Assembly: GCA_043812655.1 (NCBI GenBank)
Contig: JBDRLW010000003.1
Coordinates: 32,001 to 96,000, forward strand
Length of the DNA: 64,000 nt
Direction: 5' to 3'
Source of the DNA: a bacterium
GTDB taxonomy: Bacteria; Margulisbacteria; WOR-1; O2-12-FULL-45-9; XYB2-FULL-48-7
The notes beneath the pieces were generated by a model that made no database searches, was not told the origin of the DNA, and saw only the letters and a program-made list of their open reading frames with translations. Position 1 is the first letter of the stretch. Each line of letters begins with the position of its first letter. This document shows positions 39,901 to 48,753 of this stretch, piece by piece. The translations under genes and the position numbers were made by a program.

Positions 39901-40620
39901 ATGCGCTACCTATTATTGCTTGATTACGATGGCACCTTGGCCCCGATAAAAAAACACCCAAAACTCGCCCGTCTTTCTCCGCCCAGAAAAACATTTTTGC
40001 GCCAGCTGGCTAAACATCCAAAAATAAAGATCGCGGTGATCTCAGGCCGAAAGTTGTCAGACCTAAAAAAAATGATCGGCCTCCCCAAGATCATCTATGT
40101 CGGCAACCATGGGTTTGAGATCGAAATTAATGGGAAACATAAAACCCACCCTGCCGCCAGAAAGATCATCCCGACTCTCAAGCGGATCAAGGCGATCTTA
40201 GCCAATAAGCTCAAAGTTAAAGGGGCCTGGGTTGAAGATAAAGACCTGACCCTGACCATTCATTACCGCCAAGCAGCCAAGAAGAGGTTAAAAGAATTTT
40301 ATCAGCTATTTGATCAATTAACTAAACCCTGGCAAGGAAAAATAAAGATTACCAAAGGCAAAAAGGTCTTCGAGATCCGCTCACCCTTTGACTGGGATAA
40401 GGGAAAAGCGGTAGAATGGCTGATCGCTAAATTAAAAATGGAAAATTACCTGCCGATCTATATTGGCGATGATAAAACGGATGAGGATGCCTTCATCGTT
40501 TTAAAAGGCAGGGGCAAGACGATTCACGTTGGCAACGGAAAGACCCTAGCTGAAACGCGGGTTAAAAATATTAGCGGCGTTTACGGTTATTTAAGAGGAC
40601 TTTATAATGATGCGAGCTAA
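39901..40620 (+). CDS. otsB: Trehalose-6-phosphate phosphatase (HAD)
   Basis: LDYDGTLAPI, ISGR, GNHGFE, DKGKA, GDDKTDEDAF. Confidence 0.92.
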   Translation: MRYLLLLDYDGTLAPIKKHPKLARLSPPRKTFLRQLAKHPKIKIAVISGRKLSDLKKMIGLPKIIYVGNHGFEIEINGKHKTHPAARKIIPTLKRIKAILANKLKVKGAWVEDKDLTLTIHYRQAAKKRLKEFYQLFDQLTKPWQGKIKITKGKKVFEIRSPFDWDKGKAVEWLIAKLKMENYLPIYIGDDKTDEDAFIVLKGRGKTIHVGNGKTLAETRVKNISGVYGYLRGLYNDAS

Positions 40621-41302
40621 GGCTCCTTTTACTTTCTATACCTCATCACAGCTAGTTGAGATCACTGGCCGAAAAGCCGCGACCCTGAAAGAATTTCTGG
40701 GAACCATCAAAGAGATCGAAGAGCCTTCGATCTTCTACCATGTCCACCATGCCTTCCGGGAGCACCAGTTCGCGCCCGGCCTTTATACCAACGACTTCGC
40801 GCATTGGGTCGCCGATGAATTAAATGAAAAAGCCCTGGCCGAAAAACTGGCCAACATTAACCTCAAGGATTACTTGGAAATAAACTCCCTGCGGGCAAAG
40901 ATCGTTGAAATAATCACCAACCATTTAAAGACCAATCCCGATGACAACAGCAACCTTGTAGCCAAGCATAAGTTTTATTTCTGTAAAAATGTTGGGGTTG
41001 TCATGAAGACCAAATGCGCCGCCTGGGACCTGGAAGAGTTTTGTGAGATGCTGCGCCGGGTCGGCCTCCGCTCCCTTTTCTTCCATTTTTTTGAGGCCCG
41101 CCTAAGGCTGGGGCATAAGACCAATGACTTTTCCGATTGGATCAAATTTAATTTTAATAACGACAAGCTAGCGCGGCAGATCGAAGCTTTGGACCCCTAT
41201 TTATACACGATGGACCAGCTCCGGGACCAGATCATCAGTTTGATCCAAGGAAAAAAAGAGGATCTGGTCAGCAAAATAATAAAATGGCTAAAAATAGGAT
41301 AG
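40607..41302 (+). CDS. DUF5752-like protein (internal duplication) upstream of treT
   Basis: Two repeats, SIFYH...NDFAHW and SLFFH...NDFSDW. Confidence 0.7.
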   Translation: MMRAKAPFTFYTSSQLVEITGRKAATLKEFLGTIKEIEEPSIFYHVHHAFREHQFAPGLYTNDFAHWVADELNEKALAEKLANINLKDYLEINSLRAKIVEIITNHLKTNPDDNSNLVAKHKFYFCKNVGVVMKTKCAAWDLEEFCEMLRRVGLRSLFFHFFEARLRLGHKTNDFSDWIKFNFNNDKLARQIEALDPYLYTMDQLRDQIISLIQGKKEDLVSKIIKWLKIG

Positions 41303-42513
41303 AAGAATATTCAAAGATAATCCGGCCGCAAAATTTTGATGAGATCATGCTTTTGGCCGAAAAAGTCAAGGGCCGGCGCATTAAGATGGTCAACGCGACC
41401 GCGGTCGGCGGAGGAGTGGCGGAAATATTGACCCGCGTCGTCCCGCTTTTTAACGATCTTGGGATCAAGACAAAATGGGAAGTCATTAAAGGGAGCGGTG
41501 AATTCTTTGGAGTAACTAAAGCTTTTCATAACGCCCTCCATGGGAGTAAAGCTGATATTACCGAACAAATGTTGAATATTTTCAACGAAACCACGAAAGC
41601 CAATATTGCCGAAATGAATTTTGAAGAAGATGTTATCATCATTCATGACCCCCAGCCCGCTGGTCTGATTGAAGCCAAAGAAAGATCAAAAGCCAAATGG
41701 GTCTGGCGTTGTCATATCGATACTTCCCACCCGCAAGCTGATGTCTGGGGTTTTCTCAAGAATTACGTCGGGAAATATGACGCTTCTATCTTTTCGACGC
41801 CTTGGTTCGCTAAAGAACTGCCGATACCGCAATATTTTATTTATCCGGCGATCGACCCTCTCGCCGAAAAAAACCGCGATTTGCCGGCCCACGAAGTGAA
41901 CGCGATCATGCAAAAATACAAGCTCGACCGGTCCCGCCCGATCATTACCCAGGTCTCAAGATTCGATTATTTAAAAGACCCTCTGGGAGTGATCGAAACA
42001 TATAAACTAGTAAAAAAACATCTTAATTGCCAGCTGGTGCTGGCTGGCGGCGGAGCCAGCGATGATCCCGAGGGCGGCCAGGTCTTAAATGCGGTCCAAG
42101 AAGCGGCCAAAGGGGATCCTGACATCCATATTTTATTGCTCCCGCCGTTCGCTGACCTGGAAATTAACGCCCTGCAACGGGCTTCGACCGTGATCTTGCA
42201 AAAATCGCTGCGGGAAGGCTTTGGCTTAACCGTCACCGAAGCTTTATGGAAGGCCAAACCGGTAGTAGCTTCAGCCGTTGGAGGGATAACTCTTCAGGTT
42301 ATCCATAATTTTACCGGAATGCTGGTCCATTCAATTGAAGGCGCGGCCTATCAGATCCGATATTTGATCAATAACCCTCAAGTTGCCAAAAAGTTGGGAG
42401 AATATGGCAGGGAACATGTCAGGGAAAAATTCCTGATAACCAGGAAGATCCGGAATTATTTGCTCCTGCTTATTGCCTTAGAAAACCCCGGGAAAGATGT
42501 TATCCAGTTGTAA
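41284..42513 (+). CDS. treT: Trehalose glycosyltransferring synthase (GT4, TreT-like)
   Basis: NATAVGGGVAEIL, IHDPQP, WRCHID, QVSRFD, EGFGLTVTEALWK. Confidence 0.85.
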   Translation: MAKNRIEEYSKIIRPQNFDEIMLLAEKVKGRRIKMVNATAVGGGVAEILTRVVPLFNDLGIKTKWEVIKGSGEFFGVTKAFHNALHGSKADITEQMLNIFNETTKANIAEMNFEEDVIIIHDPQPAGLIEAKERSKAKWVWRCHIDTSHPQADVWGFLKNYVGKYDASIFSTPWFAKELPIPQYFIYPAIDPLAEKNRDLPAHEVNAIMQKYKLDRSRPIITQVSRFDYLKDPLGVIETYKLVKKHLNCQLVLAGGGASDDPEGGQVLNAVQEAAKGDPDIHILLLPPFADLEINALQRASTVILQKSLREGFGLTVTEALWKAKPVVASAVGGITLQVIHNFTGMLVHSIEGAAYQIRYLINNPQVAKKLGEYGREHVREKFLITRKIRNYLLLLIALENPGKDVIQL

Positions 42514-42535
42514 TGCCATATGGGGTTGACGGGTG

Positions 42536-42562
42536 CAAGTTTTTTGTTTATGATACCGATAA
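42536..42562 (+). promoter_or_regulatory. Sigma28/FliA-like promoter for the export operon
   Basis: CAAG-N15-ACCGATAA, 4 nt before the ATG at 42567. Confidence 0.5.
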
Positions 42563-42566
42563 ATAA

Positions 42567-43304
42567 ATGGAGGAGCATTTGACTTTTAAGCTCGCGCAAA
42601 TTGATGCCACCTTCCCTCGCCTGCAACCGGATAATAGTACGCAAACCAACTCGAACCAATCATTCGACGAGAAATTAAAATTCGCCCAAGCCCGGCTGGG
42701 CGGGATCTTTGGCCAATTCGGTCCTTTTTTTTCTTATCCGCCGAATTTATACTTTTCTTTTGAACAACCAGAAAGTGACTATAAAACTTACGAGATCCCG
42801 GAACAATATAAGGCCCAGACGGAAAAAAACAATGATGCGGCTAAAGATATCAGTACCAGGAACGATCATACTCCCCATATTTTTGAATCTTTGCCGACAC
42901 AAACCATCAGCAAACAAACGCTTCAACAGCTGTTAACCCAAACCGGTTGGCTGGTGCCAAATATGGAAGCCTCACCTAGCATGTTCCAAGCCTTCCTTGA
43001 CGGGAAATTAGCCCCTAAGCTTGATATGCAATCGCTGATCGACCAAATAGCCGAACAAGTTAAAATGGTCAAAGGGAAAGGAAAAACAGAATTATCGATG
43101 ACGCTTAAACCGGCCGAGCTGGGAGACATCTTATTAACATTGACATCTAACGCCGGCGCGGTTTCGATCCAGATCCAGGCAACCCAAGAAACAAAGAAAT
43201 TAATCGACGCTAAAAAAGAAGAGCTTGAACGGGCGCTAAAAAGCGCTAAAATAGAGCTGGCCCAATTAAAGATCATGGAGGTGAAGCCGTATGTCGATGT
43301 TTGA
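42567..43304 (+). CDS. fliK: FliK-like hook-length control protein (short)
   Basis: C-terminal ELSMTLKPAELGDILLTL...IQIQA...EELERAL; position before a hook/rod gene. Confidence 0.7.
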   Translation: MEEHLTFKLAQIDATFPRLQPDNSTQTNSNQSFDEKLKFAQARLGGIFGQFGPFFSYPPNLYFSFEQPESDYKTYEIPEQYKAQTEKNNDAAKDISTRNDHTPHIFESLPTQTISKQTLQQLLTQTGWLVPNMEASPSMFQAFLDGKLAPKLDMQSLIDQIAEQVKMVKGKGKTELSMTLKPAELGDILLTLTSNAGAVSIQIQATQETKKLIDAKKEELERALKSAKIELAQLKIMEVKPYVDV

Positions 43305-44112
43305 TGTCATGTCCCAGGCCAAAAACGCGATCGATGCTTATAACCAAGCCCTGCAGGTCAACTCGGCTAATATCGCCGGCATGAATGTCCCCGGCTTCAA
43401 ACGGATTGACGCTTCTTTCCAAACTATTTTTGAAAGAGTCCTCTCCCAGGGAACGGCGGCAAGCAATAATATGGGTGGAACTAATCCGCGGCAAGAAGGA
43501 TCCGGCATCTCTCTTTCCAGTGTTGCCGTTGATTTTTCCAACGGCCAAACAACGACCGGCGCACCGCTTGATTTAGCCATTTCCGGTTCAGGGTTGTTCG
43601 TTGTCTCTCCCGACGGCGGCAATACTTATTTGTATTCCAGGGTCGGTAATTTCCAGATCAATAGTGCTGGCAATTTAACTTCAAATGGGATGCAGGTTTA
43701 CGGCTTTAATTCTTCCGGTGCGGTCACTCCGATCACCGGCCTTCCTTCCGGCAATAAGTCTAATTACCAGTGGCAGCCAGATGGAACACTAGAATATACT
43801 TCAGACGGCGGCACCACATACACTTCAACCGGTTACAAGATCGCCTTAACTTACTTTGCTAATCCTGGCGGTCTAGCACAGGCTCAAGGTTCATCTTTTA
43901 GGGAAACCATTGCCTCCGGTTCTCCCGCCACCTTTGGAAATCCTGGCGGAGTTTATGGTACAGTGAGCGGCGGCTTTATCGAACAATCAAATGTTGTTTA
44001 CCTGACCGAAACTATCAATTCTCTTGAATTGCAAAAAGCGCTCAACGGTAATTTAACAGTAATAAAAATGGCGTCGGACTTGATCACCAGTTTCATCCAA
44101 AAGTTAGGATAA
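43291..44112 (+). CDS. Flagellar hook/basal-body rod protein (FlgE/FlgG family), short
   Basis: ANIAGMNVPGFK, GGTNP, DLAISGSGLF, YSRVGNF, FANPGGL, IEQSNV. Confidence 0.85.
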   Translation: MSMFDVMSQAKNAIDAYNQALQVNSANIAGMNVPGFKRIDASFQTIFERVLSQGTAASNNMGGTNPRQEGSGISLSSVAVDFSNGQTTTGAPLDLAISGSGLFVVSPDGGNTYLYSRVGNFQINSAGNLTSNGMQVYGFNSSGAVTPITGLPSGNKSNYQWQPDGTLEYTSDGGTTYTSTGYKIALTYFANPGGLAQAQGSSFRETIASGSPATFGNPGGVYGTVSGGFIEQSNVVYLTETINSLELQKALNGNLTVIKMASDLITSFIQKLG

Positions 44113-44121
44113 GCTATATAA

Positions 44122-45342
44122 ATGGCTGAAAGAACTGCCGGTAAACCGGAAATTAGCTCGCAAAAAAGGGCGATAAAACTACCGCCGGCGATCGGTGATT
44201 GGACCACCTATCACCCTCCGCAGATCCTGGTCAAAAAAGTTAAGACCGGGCTTTACGGTTTTGACCGCTTATCCGAAGAAGAATTGGATCATGTCCTCCT
44301 TATCCACTACCGTTTTATCGAACAATTGTTCAAGCAATTCAAGACCGACCTGCGGCTGGGCATTGAATTTTTCTCTTGCCAGGTAGAACAAACTACTTAC
44401 CTGAATTTTTTAAGGAAGATCACTGACCCTGTCACCCAGGGAAAAATTAAACTTGAAGGGTTCCACGATCCGGTCCAGCTATTTTTTGACCTTAATCTCA
44501 CTAACTCCCTGATCAACCACGCGCTTGGCAGCAGCGACCTAGAACCAATAAACCGGTCTTTAACCGAAGCCGAAACAGTAGTCTTAACGACCGCTTTGAA
44601 CGAATATCTCCCCCACTACACTAAAAACTTTGAACAACCGACCCTCGCGGCTGAATATGTCCTGGTCAGTTCGCCCGATGTAACCCTCGACCAATCGATC
44701 AGCCCGGCTTCAACTTTTGTTTTCTTTTTGGCTGAAGTAGCACTGAACGATAACCCGGCCGGTAAAATTATCTTTGGCTACCCGGTCGCTTTGCTAAAAA
44801 ACCTGCTTAAGACTTACCAGGAAAAGACCGCGGTCAAGCCGCTTAATTTCAACCGTTTAAGTTCCGCCGCCTTGAATAAGATCAAAGTCCCAGCCAAGGC
44901 GATCTTGGGGACCACGACACTTTTAATGTCCGAACTTCACTCGCTGGAGGTCGGAGACGTAGTTTCGCTCGATACCGCGATCAACTCGCCGGTAACTTTG
45001 TCGCTTGGCAACTTGCTTAAAGTTTTATGCCAGCCCGGCCAAATAAATAAAAAGAAATCGGTCCGGATCGCCGGCTTTGAAGCTGAAGAAAAATTAGAGC
45101 TTGAACCACCGTTGCAATTCCCTGAAGCAGAGGAGGAACAAGGCATAGGTGAAGACACAGGCGTAGGCGTGGGCATAGGAGAGACAGAAGACCAAGCCGA
45201 AGAAAATGAGACAGAGGTTTTACCGGAAGAAGAAGAGGAAGAATTCAAAGAAGAAGACCTCTTCCCCGAAGATTTTGAAGAAGACTTAAGCGAAGAAGAA
45301 GAAGAAGAAGAAGAAGAAGAAGAAGAAAAGGAGGGTTCATAA
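44122..45342 (+). CDS. fliM: FliM-like C-ring protein with acidic C-terminal tail
   Basis: NRSLTEAE, C-terminal SpoA domain LEVGDVVSLD; precedes fliN. Confidence 0.7.
   Translation: MAERTAGKPEISSQKRAIKLPPAIGDWTTYHPPQILVKKVKTGLYGFDRLSEEELDHVLLIHYRFIEQLFKQFKTDLRLGIEFFSCQVEQTTYLNFLRKITDPVTQGKIKLEGFHDPVQLFFDLNLTNSLINHALGSSDLEPINRSLTEAETVVLTTALNEYLPHYTKNFEQPTLAAEYVLVSSPDVTLDQSISPASTFVFFLAEVALNDNPAGKIIFGYPVALLKNLLKTYQEKTAVKPLNFNRLSSAALNKIKVPAKAILGTTTLLMSELHSLEVGDVVSLDTAINSPVTLSLGNLLKVLCQPGQINKKKSVRIAGFEAEEKLELEPPLQFPEAEEEQGIGEDTGVGVGIGETEDQAEENETEVLPEEEEEEFKEEDLFPEDFEEDLSEEEEEEEEEEEEKEGS
45292..45327 (+). repeat. (GAA)12 microsatellite encoding poly-Glu
   Basis: 12 perfect GAA units. Confidence 0.9.
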
Positions 45343-45632
45343 TGGAAGTGCAAAATGTTAAATTTCCCGACCTGCCGGAAGGTGAAAAGGGAGAAAAGAT
45401 GGAGGCCAGGGCGCTGGGTGACGTCCCGGTAATGGTCACTGTCGAACTGGGCGGCGCCCAATTATCGCTCAAAGAGATCCTTGATTTTTCCGAAGGGTCT
45501 ATTGTTGAGCTCAATCGCTTGGCTGGAGAACCGCTCGACCTGAAGGTCGGCGGCCAGGTGGTGGCACAGGGAGAAGTTGTGGCGGTTGACGATTATTATG
45601 GTTTGCGGATCACTAACGTGGTGATGAAGTGA
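45342..45632 (+). CDS. fliN: Flagellar switch protein FliN
   Basis: DVPVMVTVELG, GSIVELNRLAGEPLD, GEVVAVDDYYGLRI. Confidence 0.92.
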   Translation: MEVQNVKFPDLPEGEKGEKMEARALGDVPVMVTVELGGAQLSLKEILDFSEGSIVELNRLAGEPLDLKVGGQVVAQGEVVAVDDYYGLRITNVVMK

Positions 45633-45919
45633 CGACAGAGACCCTGGTGCTACAATCGTCCCCGATCATTACGACCGGCTATATTATGCAAGTGTTTCTT
45701 TCCCTTTTGATCGTCGTGGCCCTGATCTACGTCGGCGCCAAGTATCTTTTGCCCAAGTTCAAGGTTGACAGCCGAAGTAAGCTGATCAAGATCGTCGACC
45801 GCGTCTACCTGGAGCCGCAAGTTAGCGCTTACATATTAAAGGTCGGCAAAAAAGCCTGGCTCTTGGCGGTTAGCAATAAACAGATCACCAAAATTGACCA
45901 GGTCGAAGAGGAGTTTTAA
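45629..45919 (+). CDS. fliO: FliO-like protein
   Basis: One TM plus IKIVDRVYL...ILKVG; lies between fliN and fliP. Confidence 0.75.
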   Translation: MTTETLVLQSSPIITTGYIMQVFLSLLIVVALIYVGAKYLLPKFKVDSRSKLIKIVDRVYLEPQVSAYILKVGKKAWLLAVSNKQITKIDQVEEEF

Positions 45920-46584
45920 TGGCACCGCTTGATTTTAACCAGCTCCTCGCTTCGCCCCAATTTTCTAACAGCATCAATGTGATCCTCTCGCTCGCTATGA
46001 TCTCGCTGATCCCTTTCTTTTTGGTCTCTGTCACTTCATTCTTGCGGATCATTATTGTTTTCTCGCTTTTGCGGACAGCGATCGGCACCCAGCAAGTCCC
46101 GCCCAGCTCTGTTCTGCTTGGGCTAGCGCTTTTCATGACGGTTTTTATCATGTCGCCGGTCTGGCAGGAGATCAACACTAACGCAGTTATCCCTTACAAC
46201 ACTAAAAAGATCTCGCAGGCCAAAGCCTTTGAAGTCGGCTCAAAACCACTGATGCAATTCATGCTCAAACAGACCAGGGAAAAAGATCTAGCGCTTTTTG
46301 TCCAGTTCTCCAAGATCCCGCCGCCCAAAACCGCCGACCAAGTCCCGTTCTATGTTCTAGTCCCGTCCTTTATGATCTCGGAGCTTAAAACCGCTTTCCA
46401 GATCGGCTTTTTGCTCTTTATCCCATTTGTTATTATTGACCTGGTCGTCGCTAATATTTTACTGTCACTCGGCATGTTCATGTTGTCGCCAGTCATGGTC
46501 TCCCTTCCTTTCAAGATCCTTTTATTTGTCCTGGTCGACGGTTGGAATTTGATCACCCGCGGCCTGCTGATGAGTTTTAAATGA
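45919..46584 (+). CDS. fliP: Export gate protein FliP
   Basis: TSFLRIIIVFSLLR, ISELKTAFQIGF, SLPFKILLFVLVDGW. Confidence 0.95.
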   Translation: MAPLDFNQLLASPQFSNSINVILSLAMISLIPFFLVSVTSFLRIIIVFSLLRTAIGTQQVPPSSVLLGLALFMTVFIMSPVWQEINTNAVIPYNTKKISQAKAFEVGSKPLMQFMLKQTREKDLALFVQFSKIPPPKTADQVPFYVLVPSFMISELKTAFQIGFLLFIPFVIIDLVVANILLSLGMFMLSPVMVSLPFKILLFVLVDGWNLITRGLLMSFK

Positions 46585-46850
46585 ACCAAGATTTTGCCGT
46601 AAATGTTTTGTATCAGGCCATTTATCTGACGCTCCTTATTTCCGCTCCAGCCGTCGGCATTGGCCTCTTGGTCGGTTTTATTATCAGCCTCTTCCAGGCG
46701 GTTACCCAGATCCAAGAGCAAACGCTAACCTTTGTCCCTAAAGTGATCTCGGTTTTATTAATGATCGCTTTTACTTCGCCTTGGATCTTTTCCATGATCG
46801 TTGATTTTACCAACACCCTCTGGAGCGCTATTCCTAACATGGCCAAATGA
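46581..46850 (+). CDS. fliQ: Export gate protein FliQ
   Basis: ISLFQAVTQIQEQTLTFVPK. Confidence 0.95.
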   Translation: MNQDFAVNVLYQAIYLTLLISAPAVGIGLLVGFIISLFQAVTQIQEQTLTFVPKVISVLLMIAFTSPWIFSMIVDFTNTLWSAIPNMAK

Positions 46851-47620
46851 TCATCTCGAGCATCCAGCTAACGGCTGGACTTTTGATCCTAGCCCGGATC
46901 GCCGGCGTTTTTATCCAAGCCCCATTGTTTAGTTCCAGAAGCTTCCCCATGCAAGCCAAAACGGCTTTCGCAATTTGGCTGGCTGCCCTGCTCTGGTTCG
47001 TTACTCCTATTTCGCCAGGATTGCCAACTGATTTTTTTTCATTCGTTATCGCTTTAACGTTTGAAGTTATTATCGGCTACTTGATCGGTTTTGTCTGTTA
47101 TATCATTTTTATCGCCCTGCAATCAGGCGGCGAAATTATCGACCTGCAAATGGGGTTATCCGTCGCGTCGGCCCTTGACCCGGTCTTTGGCGCGGTCATT
47201 TCGGTCATTGGCCGCTTGATCTTTTTTGTCACACTGCTTATTTTTATTACTTTAGACGGGCACCACCTGCTCCTTTCCGCTTTTCATCAAAGCTTCACAC
47301 TTATTCCAGCCGGGAAGATCCCTAACCTTATGTCTTACGACTTATTTAACCAGCTGATGGGCCTCGGAACAATGCTCTGGTTAACCGCGATCAAGATCGC
47401 CGCCCCCATTATCCTTTTAATATTTTTGGCCGATTTTACGTTTGGCATCGTTTCGCGCGTCGCTCCTCAAGTTAATGTCTTCATGTTAGGTTTCCAGATC
47501 AAGCCGATCTTGGGTCTTTTTGCTATTTCCCTCCTTAGCCCCTTTCTGTTAAGATACGTAGAGAAATTAATTGAAGTGATGGGGTCAGAAGTCCTCAAAC
47601 TTCTAACCATTATCAAATAG
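46847..47620 (+). CDS. fliR: Export gate protein FliR
   Basis: GEIIDLQMGL, LDGHH, SRVAPQVNVF. Confidence 0.93.
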   Translation: MIISSIQLTAGLLILARIAGVFIQAPLFSSRSFPMQAKTAFAIWLAALLWFVTPISPGLPTDFFSFVIALTFEVIIGYLIGFVCYIIFIALQSGGEIIDLQMGLSVASALDPVFGAVISVIGRLIFFVTLLIFITLDGHHLLLSAFHQSFTLIPAGKIPNLMSYDLFNQLMGLGTMLWLTAIKIAAPIILLIFLADFTFGIVSRVAPQVNVFMLGFQIKPILGLFAISLLSPFLLRYVEKLIEVMGSEVLKLLTIIK

Positions 47621-47632
47621 AAGGAGAGAAAA

Positions 47633-48733
47633 ATGGCCGAAGGCGGCGATAAATCAGAAGAACCAACGCCCCACCGCCTGCGCGAAGCCCGGGAAAAGGG
47701 CCAGGTCGCCAAAAGCAAGGAAATTACGACTGCTTTTCTGCTTCTTCTTTCCTATTTTATTTTCCGCTATTTAGGCGAATTTATGTGGCGCAACCTAGTG
47801 GAAATGGCCCAAGGAATATTCCAGCTTATTCCACAGGCTAAAGAGTTCAACCTTTCTTTTGCCGGTTATGTTATGCTGATCGGCCTGCGGGCCATGGCGT
47901 TTGTCCTCCTCCCTATTTTAGGGTCGGTTTTTCTCATCGGTTTTTTAGCGGAGGCGCTGCAAACCGGTTTGGTCTTTGCCGCTGATCCCCTAAGCCCAAA
48001 AATAGAAAGGATCAACCCGCTCGAAGGGTTTAAGCGGATGTTTTCAATCCAAGGGTTTGTTGAGCTTTTAAAATCTCTTTTAAAGATCATCATTGTTTTC
48101 TATATCTCTTGGTACGCTTGTAAAGATGACCTCCCTTACATTATTGTTTTGATCGAAGCCCATCCTTGGGACGCGCTCGTCTTGGGCGGTGACATTGCCT
48201 ACCGGATCGCGATCAGGGTCGGCATGTTCTATATTGCCATCGCCATCCTGGATTATTTTTACAAACGCTGGGAATACATGCGTAATCTCAAGATGACCAA
48301 ACAGGAAGTGAAGGAAGAATATAAGCGGCTGGAAGGAGACCCAATGGTCAAGCAAAGGATGCGCGACCTCCAGCGCCAGGTAGCCCAACAGCGGATGATG
48401 TCGGCTGTGCCCAAAGCGGACGTGGTCGTCACCAACCCCACCCATTTGGCGATCGCCTTAAAATACGACGTCGCAAAAATGAAAGCGCCGGTCGTTTTAG
48501 CCAAGGGGGAAAGAAAGATCGCGGAAGAAATCCGGCGCATTGCCGAAGCCCATGAAATAAGCATTGTCAGGAATGAAGTTCTAGCCCGGTCAATTTATAA
48601 AACGACCAGAGTTAACCAAGAAGTTCCCGCCGATCTTTACCAGGCGATCGCTGAAGTCCTAGCGTACGTTTACAAGATTAAAAGAGACAGGGAAGCCAGG
48701 AAAAAAGCGTCTATTGCCCTGGCTCCCAGGTAG
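47633..48733 (+). CDS. flhB: Export switch protein FlhB
   Basis: KSEEPTPHRLREAREKGQVAKS, EGDP, NPTH autocleavage motif. Confidence 0.95.
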   Translation: MAEGGDKSEEPTPHRLREAREKGQVAKSKEITTAFLLLLSYFIFRYLGEFMWRNLVEMAQGIFQLIPQAKEFNLSFAGYVMLIGLRAMAFVLLPILGSVFLIGFLAEALQTGLVFAADPLSPKIERINPLEGFKRMFSIQGFVELLKSLLKIIIVFYISWYACKDDLPYIIVLIEAHPWDALVLGGDIAYRIAIRVGMFYIAIAILDYFYKRWEYMRNLKMTKQEVKEEYKRLEGDPMVKQRMRDLQRQVAQQRMMSAVPKADVVVTNPTHLAIALKYDVAKMKAPVVLAKGERKIAEEIRRIAEAHEISIVRNEVLARSIYKTTRVNQEVPADLYQAIAEVLAYVYKIKRDREARKKASIALAPR

Positions 48734-48753
48734 GTATATAATCGAGGGAAATC

